DNA of 63,729 bases, counting the filler, from Octopus bimaculoides (lineage: Eukaryota), in NCBI RefSeq assembly GCF_001194135.2. It is 9 parts of 8 records of this genome, joined end to end, with 100 filler letters (N's around TTAATTAATTAA, not from the genome) between each part and the next. Parts side by side here need not be neighbours in the genome. Positions count along the whole stretch, not along the records: positions 1 to 23,725 come from NC_068998.1; positions 23,826 to 34,604 come from NC_068997.1; 7 more parts are not named here. The stretch is one strand, 5' to 3'. Every line of letters starts with the position of its first letter. Position 1 is the first letter of the stretch. The position numbers were made by a program, and so were the translations under genes. Positions 13,089 through 29,802 of the stretch are shown in pieces. Below the pieces are notes generated by a model that had not been told where the DNA came from, made no database searches, and saw only the letters and a program-made list of their open reading frames with translations.

Positions 13089-15966
13089 GCATGATACTAC
13101 ATTATGCCAGGAAAATTTGGCTGTGATTTCTAGTCAGGAGCGTGAGCGCACATAATCTCCTTCTCTGGCTATTATACTTAGCTTAATGACTTTCAAATGG
13201 CGAAGACGTTTCGGTAGCGGCATATTTCTTGCTGCATGCGGTAAATTTGGTGGGAGACAATGAGAAATGAAAGTATGTGAACTATTTAAAGAATGGTGAA
13301 ATGAAATTAAAGAAGTCTCAGCTATTTCAAACAACAAAGTGTTACATTAAAAGAAATCGATAGAGCTTTTGTAGATGTTACCACATGGAGCTTTGTTCGT
13401 AGTGTGTAAAACTGATTGGACAGAAATATGGAAATATTCGTGTGTAAATATGTATTGACGGTTGACTAATTGCTATTCGAGGTGTCTCAGTCAAATCATC
13501 TATTTGTTAATCACTTCAGCTGAAGGCGATTACTTAAGGTGACTCTTCATNNNNNNNNNNNNNNNNNNNNNNNNNNNNNNNNNNNNNNNNNNNTAGACAG
13601 GAAAAAATTGTACAGACCTCCGAATGGGAAGAAAAACAAATTGTTGATCATGAAATTTTGCAAAAATTCCACAAATTATATTATAATTTTGATGAAAATT
13701 GTTCATTGATTGAAAAATATTGGCCAAATTTAATAAAATATAGTATGTACGCAATGCATGAAGTGTCATGTTTGGACCGAAGGCCTAATGAAAAGCCCTC
13801 TGCAGGCTCCACAGGCTATATATATATATATATATAGATGGTACTCCAGCATGGACGCACAACATCAATTTAAACAAGCTAAAGATAACAGTTAATGTGT
13901 CTTTTAGAAAAAAAAAGGAAGTCTCTAGAATATGACCTTGAAGAAGATTTGACTGCTATTTCTAGCAGGGCCAGCTCTGCGCACGCAATATCTACTTAGC
14001 AGATGACGCAAATGATATACATCATAACTAGCGGTACTCTAGAGGAATCAAATAGAATTTAACGGTGTTTGAATATGAAACGAAAGGCGTTGTGTGGGCT
14101 GGTGCCGGCCGCAGTGAATAATTATGCATATTGAGTGCATTGGTTTCATAGTATACATAGTGAGGAGGCGTGGTCTGTCTAATAAAGATGAATATTCAAA
14201 TTGCAACGTTTTAAATATTCATACAGCTGTTATGATTTATGCTGCGAAGAGATTGAAGGCGTGGTAAGAACGGGAAGACGTACACAATAATGTAATATGA
14301 TATATTCCAATCCAGTGGCGCTAATGTTCAAATTTCGTCGGGATCGACTTTTACTTTTGCAATTTGGAAAATTAAGTGAAAGTAGAAATGTTCAGCCTAC
14401 GGGATTCGAACCAAGCATGCACCAAAGACTATGACTGCCTGGCACTGGCTTGCATGCACGTATACGCACACAGAGACATTTATTTCATATTTATAGATAG
14501 ATAGATAGATAGATAGATGGATATATATAGATTTATTGATTTACATATTCTAACACGTGCACGAGTATGTATGCATACATATACATACATGTACGCGCGC
14601 GCGCACAGACACACACACACACAAACACACACACATACATACACATATACACAGAAACATACATANNNNNNNNNNNNNNNNNNNNNNNNNNNNNNNNNNN
14701 NNNNNNNNNNNNNNNNNNNNNNNNNNNNNNNNNNNNNNNNNNNNNNNNNNNNNNNNNNNNNNNNNNNNNNNNNNNNNNNNNNNNNNNNNNNNNNNNNNNN
14801 NNNNNNNNNNNNNNNNNNNNNNNNNNNNNNNNNNNNNNNNNNNNNNNNNNNNNNNNNNNNNNNNNNNNNNNNNNNNNNNNNNNNNNNNNNNNNNNNNNNN
14901 NNNNNNNNNNNNNNNNNNNNNNNNNNNNNNNNNNNNNNNNNNNNNNNNNACAGACAGACAGACATGCATTTATGCGTACAGACATACTGTTATATCGACC
15001 AACACTTTCTCTCTTTCTCTTCTTTTTCTCTGCCTTTCCTTTCTCTCTCTCTCTCTCTCTCTCGCTTTCATTCCCTTTTCTCTTTTCTGTGTGTGTGTGT
15101 GTGTATGTGTGTATGTGTGTTTGCTTTTGTATGAGTGGGAAAGAGATTCAGAAAGAGACAGAGACAGAGACAGAGAGAGTAGGGGGAAAGGAATCCAGTC
15201 TACGTGTGTATATTTCTATTTGAGAGAGAAAAAGTTAGAGAGAAGGAGAGAGAGAGAGAGAAAAATGTCAGATGTATGGCTGTTTATGTATGTGTATGCG
15301 TCTGCCATTTTGTATGCGCACATAACTTGTATGTGTGTCTGTACGAATGTGTATGTGAGTGTTTGTACGTGTGTGTGTGTGTGTGTGTGTATGTGCCTCT
15401 ATACAGGTTACAGTATGAATCTTAAACAATCATGGCGGTGGACGTGGTGCACAGTAATGGCGGCAGTGCAAGTGTTGGCGGCAATGGCGGCGTTCGGAAT
15501 TGTTGAAATCATTTATTCGCTTTCATTATAATCGCAACCATATTTTTCAATCGTCTTCAGATATCCAATTCCAAAACATAAGATCGTCTGCTCTTTGAAT
15601 TTCAAAGTGCTTCTTCATTCTTTTCATTTTCAATATTATTTTGTATTTTATACTATATTGAAATTTATTGAACTTGTTACGCTATTTTATATACACATTT
15701 ACTCGCAAACATTTATGTATGTACGTATGTATGTATGTATATATTTATGTATGTATGTATGTATGTATGTATCTATGTATGTATGTATGTATGCATGTAT
15801 GTATGCATGTATGGATGGATGGATGGATGGATAGATGTATGTATGTATGTACAGATGTATCTATGTACATATGTAAGTATGTATGTATATGTCTGCATGT
15901 GTATATATATACATTTATAAATGCATATCAATAATAATATATGTGTATACATATGCATACATACAT

Positions 15967-16024
<58 letters not shown>

Positions 16025-16812
16025 AATTTGTATTTATTTTAAGATTTTAAGATGTCTCTATACTTCTGTTTCNNNNNNNNNNNNNNNNNNNNNNNNNNNN
16101 NNNNNNNNNNNNNNNNNNNNNNNNNNNNNNNNNNNNNNNNNNNNNNNNNNNNNNNNNNNNNNNNNNNNNNNNNNNNNNNNNNNNNNNNNNNNNNNNNNNN
16201 NNNNNNNNNNNNNNNNNNNNNNNNNNNNNNNNNNNNNNNNNNNNNNNNNNNNNNNNNNNNNNNNNNNNNNNNNNNNNNNNNNNNNNNNNNNNNNNNNNNN
16301 NNNNNNNNNNNNNNNNNNNNNNNNNNNNNNNNNNNNNNNNNNNNNNNNNNNNNNNNNNNNNNNNNNNNNNNNNNNNNNNNNNNNNNNNNNNNNNNNNNNN
16401 NNNNNNNNNNNNNNNNNNNNNNNNNNNNNNNNNNNNNNNNNNATATATATATATATATATACATTATTACATTTATAGATGCATATGTATGTGTGTCTGT
16501 GTACGGGCGTTGGCATTTGTGCGTGTGGAGATTATTGTATGCATGCATACGCGGATGCATATACGTAAGTGAGGATTTACCTATTGTTCGTGTATGTTTG
16601 TGTGGATATACGTGTGTATGTGTTTATGTTGGTATGCGTTCGGACACCATATATGCTTGATAAGCATGTGAGTATATTGATATCTATAAACAAACACACA
16701 CATACACACACAACAACACACAAATACACATACGCCCATGTATACATATATATACATATATATATATATATATGTGTACAAACGTGTGTGTATATATATC
16801 TATATCTATCTA

Positions 16813-16850
<38 letters not shown>

Positions 16851-17322
16851 TACATATATATATATACATGGACATATAGCTATGCGTGCACAAACACACT
16901 CTCATACGGATACGAACACACATAGTCACCATCCGTTTGTAAAACATCTTTTAAAAAGCGTCCACAAACCTTAGATATAAATACACAGTTATCAAAGGTG
17001 CATATATTCCAACTTAATTTGAATGGCGATGGAATGGAATATTTCTTGTCAAATTGCTTGTGTTTCACCTTCACTATTGTTGCTATCATCTCTGTTATTC
17101 TGTTATTCGTACAAATTGTTGTTGTTGTTGTGGGGGTAGGGTGCTGGTGGTGGTCATGTTGTAGTTGGCGCTTTATTTTTTTGTGTTTTTTTTTTTTTGC
17201 TTTTCGCATTGATGGTGTAGTTGTCGGGTCTGTGCTATGAAATTCTGATTTTCAATTCGTATTTGATATTTAATATTTATTCTTCAATCTTTAATCGCTG
17301 AAAGAAGGCGAAAAATACCCCG

Positions 17323-17371
<49 letters not shown>

Positions 17372-17546
17372 TATGCAAAGAGAGAGAGAGAGGGGGGAAG
17401 CGGGTGAAAAATACGTGTACAGATTGGTCGATAAACAAACATACGCATATATGTGCTTGTCTATGTATATAAATATATATTTGTTGGTATATATGCAGAA
17501 ACAAACTCATAGATGCGCATATATGTCTATACGGATATATGTATGG

Positions 17547-17584
<38 letters not shown>

Positions 17585-17949
17585 ATATGTATCCATATAT
17601 ACAACTATATACTCACATACACACCCACATACGTATATAGGTCGAATCAAATACAAATATATATAAACACTCGGAGGCGGAATCAAACTGTTTGAAATAA
17701 TATATATTATGCATATACATTTGTACATGTACATACACACAGGGGGGTGGGGGGTGGGACAGGAGGCAAGTCGCATACACCGTCCTCATTGCATAACTGG
17801 TATTCTATTTTATCTATCGTCGCGAAAATAAGGAATGGCTGAATCCAGCTCGTGTAATTCGAAACCAAAATGTAAAGACGGACCAAATACTTAGAAGGAT
17901 CGATGTAACCGACTTACCCACCACATTTCAGGTGTGGTGACCATAATGG

Positions 17950-19300
<1,351 letters not shown>

Positions 19301-19598
19301 AACTATGTCAAACATGTAAAAATTGGAATAAAAGAATATAATTTAAAAACAAAATAATATCTAAGAAAAAGGCTCAACACATCAACAAAGAAATTACGAA
19401 AGAAATGGACAGAAATAAACTTTATCAACTCTCATTTCGCAAACACAAAAACACACACACACACACATACACGTGCGAGCTCACAGGCACACACTCATAC
19501 ACACACATATGCACAGCAGATACACATATGGGAACACACATGCGCATGCTTATACACTCAAAGTTGCACAGCTGTTCACACACTCGTATACTCAGATG

Positions 19599-19674
<76 letters not shown>

Positions 19675-19887
19675 NNNNNNNNNNNNNNNNNNNNNNNNNN
19701 NNNNNNNNNNNNNNNNNNNNNNNNNNNNNNNNNNNNNNNNNNNNNNNNNNNNNNNNNNNNNNNNNNNNNNNNNNNNNNNNNNNNNNNNNNNNNNNNNNNN
19801 NNNNAAATAAGATGTTTGAAAATGTTTGAGAATTTATAAACTATGTAAAAATAATAATAATAGTAATAATAAAAATGATAATAATAT

Positions 19888-19971
<84 letters not shown>

Positions 19972-20250
19972 TAACAACAATAATAATAATAATAATATCG
20001 AATCACAAATCATAAACGAACAAGCCAATTGAAATGAAATGTTGAAATAAAAAGATTTTTAAAAAATGAAAAAAAAAAATTTATAAAACACACTCAAAAT
20101 AAAACAAAACAGGTTAAACAAAGCAAAACAAAATAAAATGGAGTCAAATTGTATGAAATTAAAGCCAAAACGTTGCGGAGCAAAACAATGGAGAAAATTG
20201 TCAAACATGGAGGAAGAAAAAGAAGCTGAAGATAAAGAAGAATAGAAAAG

Positions 20251-20327
<77 letters not shown>

Positions 20328-20387
20328 TATATATAATAATGATATTGTTAACAATGCTAATAACGGTAGTAAACATAATAATAATAA

Positions 20388-20443
<56 letters not shown>

Positions 20444-21112
20444 CGCTGGTGATGGTGATGATGATGATGATGATGATTAAGAAGCACCATACATACGTAC
20501 ACGTATATATATATGTGTATGTATGTATGTATGTATGTATGCATGCATGTGCGTGTGCGTGTGCGCGTGCGTATGTGCATTCGTATATACATGCACTGCT
20601 TTGAGTAATTATAAAAACGATTTTTCATTGAGATTTTTGTAACGTTTCTAAATAAAGTTCAGTGAAAAGCTTCTCGTCAAAGACATACAGCGAGAAGAAT
20701 TATAATGGAACGGAGAGAGAGGGGGGGATAAAGAGAGAGAAAGGAAAGAAGAGGAGAAAGAGTGGGAGAGAAACAGAGAGGAAAAGAAGGAGCGTGAGAG
20801 AGAGAGAGGGAGAGAGGGAGATAGGGAAAAATGGACGGGGATGAAAAGATTTAAATTGCGCCGGCTTTTGGTGAATTGATACAAAACAGAAAATTTAAAA
20901 GCGATCACGTGATTAATGGTGTCGTGCAAACAATGGAGTTTAGCTTTCGGAGATCATTCATTTTTGAAACGAAATAGATTGGTTTGTTATTGGGAGGTGA
21001 AGAGCTGGGTGGATGGGTTGGAAAGAAGAGGTATTCTGTAGTTTGCACTGAATATGTAAGAATGTGTGTGTGTACATTGATGCATGCAAATATGTGTGTG
21101 TGTGAGTTGTTG

Positions 21113-21147
<35 letters not shown>

Positions 21148-21594
21148 CTTTTGTGTTATGCAAGTGTGTATTTAAAGACAAATAGACAAATAGAAAGCCA
21201 GATATATGTATATATGAATATATGTGTGTGTGTGTATGTGTGTGTGTGTGGTGTGTGTGTGCTTGTATGTATGTATGCATTGTGTATAAGTGCAAAGAAA
21301 GAGTGATATAGATAGAACGTTGATAGATAGTTTGGTATACCTATGTGTGTGTGTGTGTGTGTATGTAGGTATGTATATATATGTATGTGTGTATATGTTC
21401 ACACGCACATAAGGATTTATACAAGAAGATGGAACGAGTCATCTTTAATCACAAATCACCTCTGCTTCTGTGCACTGGTAACAGCTGTTAGTAGCTGAGT
21501 TCTCCATATCATACAGTTACATAAATATTATATAAATATATAAGTGAATCAATAAGTGAATCCAGACGCATCCTGTGTACCGGAACGCTATATA

Positions 21595-21806
21595 TAATGG
21601 GCTGCTGAAAAGTGCTTGCCTTTAAGGGCATCGCAAAAGCCCTAGCTGGTGGCGTAACCTTCCGAGTTATTTTACAGCGTTTAGAAAAGCTGAAGGGCTG
21701 TAGCAATATGTGTATGAATCTGAGGGAAATATGTTGAATAAGATGATAATTAACCGATCCTTTCGTATTTTCTTTTATCCAAAGCCAGGAACTTTCCACC
21801 ACGTCA
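21595..21806 (+). mobile_element. Old mariner-derived MITE retaining the transposase C-terminus
   Basis: Degenerate TIRs (gctgctgaaaagtgcttgccttt / aaagccaggaactttccaccac); internal LEKLKGCSNMCMNLRGKYVE* resembles the mariner end KL..RW.KC....G.YVE*. Confidence 0.65.
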
Positions 21807-22266
21807 TTGACTTATGGTCATTTGAGTTCAACTTGGTCTCATATAGTCCCTGTTACGTTAAAAGATTTCTGGTGCAGGTGGAGCTCTGTTGAATAACAAT
21901 TATGTTGTAGGCTCGGTTGTGATGGAGGTATGGTATGGAAAAATGTTTATTGATTAAATTTAGGTGTTGTTTTATTGTTCACAATTTATTCATATAGAAC
22001 TTTGGAATCAGGTGTATCTATTTAGGTGCGTCATCTTTAGGTCATAGGTTGTGAGTTAGTGATTCTCAAAAGAGTGCAGAAAAGTGAAAGAGGTTATTTG
22101 GTCAGAATATATATGTCCCCAGGTTTAGCTGTTGTTGGGTTTCGTCTGATATTAAATGGGAGTTTTAACCCTCTATTTGGGAATGTGAAGGTCATGTGTG
22201 AAACTATTCTGCTTTCCCTCTTTCTGGCATACATGTTCTCTCTTTCTATCTTTCTCTCTCACTCAT

Positions 22267-22406
<140 letters not shown>

Positions 22407-22613
22407 GCCATCTATGCATTTATCTGCCCATGAACATGTGTGTATACCTGTGTGTGTGTGAGGGGGGTGTATGTACGTGAGTTTCTGTTCGTGTGCGTGT
22501 ATTGTGTTCTACAAGTGCAACGGGCAAAAATCTCGGATCTTGAGTAACTTATTTAGATTGGTAGATGTTTGTGTGTGTGTGTGACTTTGTGTGTATGTGA
22601 CGTTGTGTGTGTA

Positions 22614-22644
<31 letters not shown>

Positions 22645-23240
22645 CTGTGTGTCTGTGAGTCTGTATGTGTGCGCACGTATGCGTGTTTTCTTGTAGCTGT
22701 GATCGTGCAATTAAAAACATTAATCGTTATACTTAGACATATCACTAGCATGTGTGTGTGTGTATGTGTGCGTGCGTGCGTGTGTATGTGTGTGTGTGTG
22801 TGTGTGTGCGTGTGTGTGTGTGTGTGTTCCTATACACATACACAGATGATGGTTGCATCCCTTTACCTCAGATTAAACCTTCTGGTCCTTTGAGATTATA
22901 TCCTAATCTTCAAAAGATAAATGTAAACGTGTTGAGAAGTTATCTATTTCCCCATCTTAAATCAAAAATACTGTGGCACAAAAAAACTAAATCTTAATCC
23001 TTATTTCTTTTTATCCGTCCCATTTGTCGTGGTCCCTTTTTTTCCTTTTTTTTAATTTTGTTCGCCACTTTCTTTTATTGTTAATTTGTCTATTTTTAAA
23101 TCACGCAATATATTTTTTGGAATCATAAATATTTTTTCTCACCTATTATTTTTCCACGCTAAAATGCAAATAGTCTGAAGAACGTAAAATTATGCTCTTT
23201 GATATGATAAATATTGCTTATATAGGTATATATGTGTACG

Positions 23241-23291
<51 letters not shown>

Positions 23292-23350
23292 NNNNNNNNN
23301 NNNNNNNNNNNNNNNNNNNNNNNNNNNNNNNNNNNNNNNNNNNNNNNNNN

Positions 23351-23429
<79 letters not shown>

Positions 23430-23567
23430 CTACTACCACCACCACCAACACCACTGCTGCTGCTGCTGCAGCAGTGGTGGTGGTAGTGGCGGTAGTAGTA
23501 GTAGTATAGTAGTAGTAGTAGTAGTAGTAGTAGTAGCAGCAGCAGCGACGGTGGTGGCAGTAGTAGC

Positions 23568-23606
<39 letters not shown>

Positions 23607-23725
23607 CAGAGTTGTTTGTTATCGTACCTCGTTATTAAGATGTCTGATTTGTTTTCGGAGAGTTTATACGGAAACGTTCCCCATCCCCACCCTATCCCAC
23701 CCTGCCTCATTTCGTATTAATTATT

Positions 23726-23825
23726 NNNNNNNNNNNNNNNNNNNNNNNNNNNNNNNNNNNNNNNNNNNNTTAATTAATTAANNNNNNNNNNNNNNNNNNN
23801 NNNNNNNNNNNNNNNNNNNNNNNNN
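23726..23825. other. Artificial scaffold-join spacer N44-TTAATTAATTAA-N44; identical spacers at 34605-34704, 42825-42924, 48251-48350, 53149-53248, 57414-57513, 61032-61131 and 62321-62420
   Basis: Exactly 100 bp in all eight cases; the 12-mer is self-complementary with TAA stops in all six frames. Confidence 0.95.
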
Positions 23826-23868
<43 letters not shown>

Positions 23869-24509
23869 CACATACATACATATACATATATAATTGTGCA
23901 GATTCATATATACGTATGTATGTGTGTAGATCCATATACATATACGTACATAGGTACAAATGTACATACATAGAGAAAATAAACGAAACCAAAATTTGAA
24001 GATTAAGAATAATTTTTCAAAATGTCAATAGAAGAAATGGAAATAATATAAAACCAGAGAAGTGAGAATTCCTGGAATTTTAAAGAGAATTCAGCAAATT
24101 CTAAGAATTTTTAAAACTAAGAACGTTGTTTGAATATTAAAAATGAAATGGCTAAGGAAATATAAGTGGTTGAAAGATGAAAAAGGAATGTAGGATGTTG
24201 TATTTGTTTAAAGAAAACAGAATATAATCTGAGCTGAAGATATATAACAAGGGAGGGAGAGAGGGAGAGAGAGGGAGACAGAGGGAGACAGAGGGAGGGA
24301 GACAGAGGGAAAGAGAAAAGAGAAGAAGGAGAAAGAGGTGTAGTTTGTGTTTCTACGTTTGCTGCATATGTATATACTTATGTATGCATGTATGTATGTT
24401 TTTATGTGTGTACGTGCGCGCACGCGTGTGTGTGTGTGTGTGTGTGTGTGAAGTAGGATTGGGGTAGAGACACAGGGCGAGGAAAGAAATGAAGGTGAGA
24501 GGGTGTGTA

Positions 24510-24567
<58 letters not shown>

Positions 24568-24629
24568 AGAGAGAGACCGAGATAGAGAAAGTTTGTATGC
24601 ATTTAGTATAATGAGTAGGTGCGGAGGAG

Positions 24630-24631
24630 GT

Positions 24632-24664
<33 letters not shown>

Positions 24665-24982
24665 CGATGAAGACGTTTTGATGATGACGATGTTGATGAT
24701 GATGATGATGATGATGATGATGAGGATAATGATGATGATGACGAAGACGTTTTGATGATGACGATGTTGATGATGATGTCAATTAAAACGATGACGACGA
24801 CGATGTTGAAAAGTGATTATGATGATGATGATGATGATGATGATGACGACAGATGATGTCACGATGATGATGGTAATGATGATGATGATGATGATGACGA
24901 TGATGATGATGATGATGATGACGATGACGATGATGGTGATGTTGATGATGATGATGATGATGATGATGACGATGACGATGAC

Positions 24983-25014
<32 letters not shown>

Positions 25015-25110
25015 GGGTGATGATGATGACGATGATGATGATGATGATGGTGATGATGGTGATGTTGATGATGATGGTGATGATGATGGGATGGATATGG
25101 TAATGGTGAC
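24630..25110. repeat. About 480-bp imperfect (GAT)n tract with an internal about 75-bp duplication
   Basis: gacgaagacgttttgatgatgacgatgttgat occurs twice. Confidence 0.95.
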
Positions 25111-25231
25111 GATGGTGGTGGGAAAGAGAAAAAGAAAGGGAAAAGAAAGACCAGAAAGACTGTGAGGAGTGGAAGAGAGAGAGAGGGGGAGAGAGAGAGG
25201 GAGAGAGAGAGAGAGACAGAGACAGACAGGC

Positions 25232-25267
<36 letters not shown>

Positions 25268-25416
25268 GGTGAGACAGACAGGGTGTATGTGTCAGGTTTA
25301 GCTATATGCATGTAATAAGAGATGAATGTTTGAGAGAGAAAGGGAGAGAGAGAGAGTGAGGGAAAGCTTAGATGGAAGAGGTTGATGAAGAATGAGGGAG
25401 AAGAAACTGGAGACAA

Positions 25417-25450
<34 letters not shown>

Positions 25451-25975
25451 CAGCTTCTACGATGTGCGTATGCATGTGCATCAGTATATATGCTTATATG
25501 TACGTATGCATTCATGCATGTATGTATGTACGCAAGTAGAGTATCTATCGGTATATATTTGTATGTGTGTGTGTGTGCGGATGTATGAGCATAGATGTGC
25601 ATAGATGTGCATGTGTGTATGTTATGGAAGGGGTTAAATTGAGAGGGAGCTAGGGGAGGGAGTAGGAAGACGGGCAGCAAGTATGTTGAGGGGGGTTGTC
25701 CGGGGGGATTGCATTGAGTAGTGACGACAATCAAGCTGAGAAGAAAATGTTGGGGACAACGGAGAGAAAACATGAGACGTTTCAATGCTTAGGAACTGGT
25801 CTCCTACGAAGGTCACGCAATGATGGGAAGTGGCGGTGGGCATGGATTTTCATACTTGTCTGTGTATGTATGTATGTATGTATGTATGTATGTGTTCTTG
25901 CGTGTGTGTGTCTGTCTGCATGCATCGGATATGTGTCTATATTTATCTAGTGATATACACATATACATACAAATA

Positions 25976-26027
<52 letters not shown>

Positions 26028-27219
26028 NNNNNNNNNNNNNNNNNNNNNNNNNNNNNNNNNNNNNNNNNNNNNNNNNNNNNNNNNNNNNNNNNNNNNNNNN
26101 NNNNNNNNNNNNNNNNNNNNNNNNNNNNNNNNNNNNNNNNNNNNNNNNNNNNNNNNNNNNNNNNNNNNNNNNNNNNNNNNNNNNNNNNNNNNNNNNNNNN
26201 NNNNNNNNNNNNNNNNNNNNNNNNNNNNNNNNNNNNNNNNNNNNNNNNNNNNNNNNNNNNNNNNNNNNNNNNNNNNNNNNNNNNNNNNNNNNNNNNNNNN
26301 NNNNNNNNNNNNNNNNNNNNNNNNNNNNNNNNNNNNNNNNNNNNNNNNNNNNNNNNNNNNNNNNNNNNNNNNNNNNNNNNNNNNATATATATATATATAT
26401 ATATATTTATTTAATTATGTATATGTGTATATATATGCATACATATACATAAAGGGAGAAAGAAAGAGAGAGGAGCAAAGAGACACACCTACATCTATAG
26501 ATATATGATGCGTGTATGGCTGTGAGTATGGTGAAAGTGGTGTGTGTACGTGTGTGTGTATGTGTGTATGTGTGTGTGTATGTGTGTATGTGTGTGTGTG
26601 TGTATTTACTCATCTTTAAACAGACTGACACTTATACATCTACGAAGAAGAATATCAATATTTACAAGTTCATCTCAACTCATTCAACATCATAACTAGA
26701 TTTTCGTAGAAATAGTTACATACGTAGACATAAACACATATACATATCTACATGCATATATACACATATATACACATATTTAGCTGACGTAAAAGTACAT
26801 GCCAATATTTACACACGATATTAACGTGTGCGTATCATACGTATGTCCGATTATGTATGCATGTATTTATATATATACATTGCATACACACACATATATG
26901 TACATATGTATGCGCGTACGCATACATATCATGTAGGTAACTGTTATCTTTCCATGACTAATTTGCATGCTGAATAAAGCAAACTTTGAGATGGACGTGT
27001 ATCTTGACTCGATTTTCTTCGAGTAATGGTCCTCCACTTTCAGACTACGTCTGTTTGAAAAAAGGCTTTACTGTAAAAGACACGATCAGTTAAAGCAATG
27101 CAAAAATATTCTGTAAGTTTTCGAATTATTAATTTTACTCAACACAGGGAATTGAGTACTCAGGTAATTTTCAACTTTTATATAAGTTAAAAATTGCACA
27201 CAATCATTCACATGTATGG

Positions 27220-27259
<40 letters not shown>

Positions 27260-27825
27260 ACGCGCGCGTGCGTGTGTGTGTGTAAATAAATAAGTATATA
27301 TATATANNNNNNNNNNNNNNNNNNNNNNNNNNNNNNNNNNNNNNNNNNNNNNNNNNNNNNNNNNNNNNNNNNNNNNNNNNNNNNNNNNNNNNNNNNNNNN
27401 NNNNNNNNNNNNNNNNNNNNNNNNNNNNNNNNNNNNNNNNNNNNNNNNNNNNNNNNNNNNNNNNNNNNNNNNNNNNNNNNATATATATATAGGTTATACA
27501 TTGAATATATGTAAAATCAACAAAAAAGTCCTCTATCCAGTAAGAGATAAATATTAATTTAAAGCACATACCGAAAGAGCTACTAATAGTTTCATGCTTG
27601 TTTTACGCCGCGTATCTCCAAGCATTCTTTCAAGCTCTGATTATGCTTTGAATGTCTTTCAAAAACTAGGTTGATGGATAGTAAGAAGATATTAAAAAAA
27701 AAAAAAAAGAAAGGGTGAAGGAGGTTGATGAAGAAAAATGGAATGAGAGCAAATGAAACGAAAGTAAGAAAACCAAGATCCCTATCCTCCGTGATTTCAG
27801 AAACCACAATTATGCCATATGCCCA

Positions 27826-27900
27826 CGGGCAAATAGCGTTGTGGTTAAGAGCGCATGCTACCTAACCCCGAGATTGCGAGTTCAATTCCAGGCAGTGCCT

Positions 27901-27961
<61 letters not shown>

Positions 27962-28157
27962 CAACAACACCAGCAAAAAATACCTTAGGAATGAGAACCC
28001 AGGGTTGGGTTCAAAATTCCACCAGGTCACCTGATTAAGGCTGGAGAGTACATCAGCTGAAATGTTGTGGTAACAACAAATAAGATGAGGACACATATCC
28101 GTCCAATGTAAATGATGTGAATAATGTACAGAATTCCTCATCTCTAAAATATAGAAC
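27826..28157 (+). mobile_element. tRNA-derived SINE (family D) with an internal (AAT)n tract
   Basis: A-box-like tagcgttgtggttaag and B-box gagttcaattcc, then (AAT)n and a non-repetitive tail. Confidence 0.7.
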
Positions 28158-28234
28158 GATATTTATCTCTCTCTGAATTGAATACTGTTTTGTAGATCCT
28201 ATTAATAACACAACAGTAAACTATATTTATACTT

Positions 28235-28803
28235 AGATAACTTAGATATGCTTCGAACAAAGATTGGTCCAGGCCATGTCTCACTTAATAGCACCACCTG
28301 ATAGGATTAGCTAAATCCTTTTCAAGTCAAGTTTTGTGGTATCATGGTCCATTCGTGTAGGGAGGTGTTGTTGAGTGAGTTGTATCCAGGTATAGGTAGC
28401 TTATCTGGTATATCTTTGAAGAAATTTGTCCAGATTCCGTTTTAAGGTGATGGGATTCTTTTCCTCTTTAATCTGTTTCGGGATAATTTTAAATAGGGCA
28501 GGGCCTGTTGAGGAAGAAAATTGTGTTGCAGTGTATTTATGTGTTGTAATCCCGAATTGGGTAGGGAAATATGGCCCCTAGTCCTAGCCTTGGATGAATT
28601 CTGAAACTAATGTTGAGATTGTTTGGGTAATACTGGTGGTATATTCTCCACATCGTATGAATGATGTATTGCTCATTGCAGCACTGGAGAAGATGGAGTT
28701 TTAATGCTTCAAGGCAGTTCCAATAATCAAGATCTGTCATGCCCTTAATTCTTTTAGCGAATGCCCTCTGGGGTGATTCAATTTTCGAAATGTTTTGCTT
28801 TCT
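28235..28803 (-). mobile_element. 5'-truncated CR1/L2-clade LINE 3' end (end of RT and C-terminal region)
   Basis: [53 protein letters not shown]..., then after frameshifts GPALFKIIPKQIKEEKNPITLKRNLDKFLQ. This is the typical CR1-type C-terminus, and it is clearly homologous to 52904-53148. Confidence 0.82.
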
Positions 28804-28828
28804 ACACACAAACACAGACGCACGCACG

Positions 28829-28873
<45 letters not shown>

Positions 28874-28896
28874 ACACACACACTTACATATATATA

Positions 28897-28979
<83 letters not shown>

Positions 28980-29373
28980 ATCCATATATGTGTACAGGAC
29001 GTCACCAACGGTTCCAAAAATATGAAATGCATAGATAAACGAGTTAAGTACGTAAACAACGAGAATAAAATGGAAAACAGGACAAGCAAACACAGAGAAA
29101 GGACCCTTCATCAGTTGTCTGCTGTCTATCTAGTCCTTATTTCGAGCATTCAACGATAATGTGAGTCTTCAAAGACAGTTGCACCCATAAATTCTAAAAT
29201 AAAATCTAGGATTTATGGAGGGTCAAAGCTGGAGACATACAAGGAGACCGAACGAAAACAAACATGGAGGGTCGTTAGGCCAGAACGAGAGGAAAATATT
29301 GAACACTGTAAGAAACACTTGTTTGAAAAGAGAAAAGAGACTAAAAAACGTCCGCTCTTTTAAACGTCCGTGT

Positions 29374-29518
29374 AGGAAAAGAAAGATGGTCACGTGAGGA
29401 AAAGAAAGATGGTCACGTGAGGAAAAGAAAGATGGTCACGTGAGGAAAAGAAAGATGGTCACGTGAGGAAAAGTAAGATGGTCACGTGAGGAAAAGAAAG
29501 ATGGACGATGGTCACGTG
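29374..29518. repeat. 23-bp minisatellite (about 6 units) containing CACGTG
   Basis: Unit gaggaaaagaaagatggtcacgt; CACGTG at 29391, 29414, 29437, 29460, 29483 and 29513. Confidence 0.95.
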
Positions 29519-29802
29519 TGAGCAGCGAGAAAGAGAGGGAGAGAGAGAGAGAGAGAGACAAAAAAGAGAAAGAGGAAAGAGNNNNNNNNNNNNNNNNNNN
29601 NNNNNNNNNNNNNNNNNNNNNNNNNNNNNNNNNNNNNNNNNNNNNNNNNNNNNNNNNNNNNNNNNNNNNNNNNNNNNNNNNNNNNNNNNNNNNNNNNNNN
29701 NNNNNNNNNNNNNNNNNNNNNNNNNNNNNNNNNNNNNNNNNNNNNNNNNNNNNNNNNNNNNNNNNNNNNNNNNNNNNNNNNNNNNNTATATATATATATA
29801 TA

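Noticed and set aside
14385-14460. GGTTCGAATCCC B-box on the minus strand as a possible tRNA gene
   Set aside because: No acceptor stem or cloverleaf can be drawn; most likely a SINE-head remnant. The same applies to the SINE heads at 27826, 45290 and 54722.
29374-29518. Regular short repeats as a possible CRISPR array
   Set aside because: No unique spacers, eukaryotic context and no cas genes; it is a plain minisatellite.
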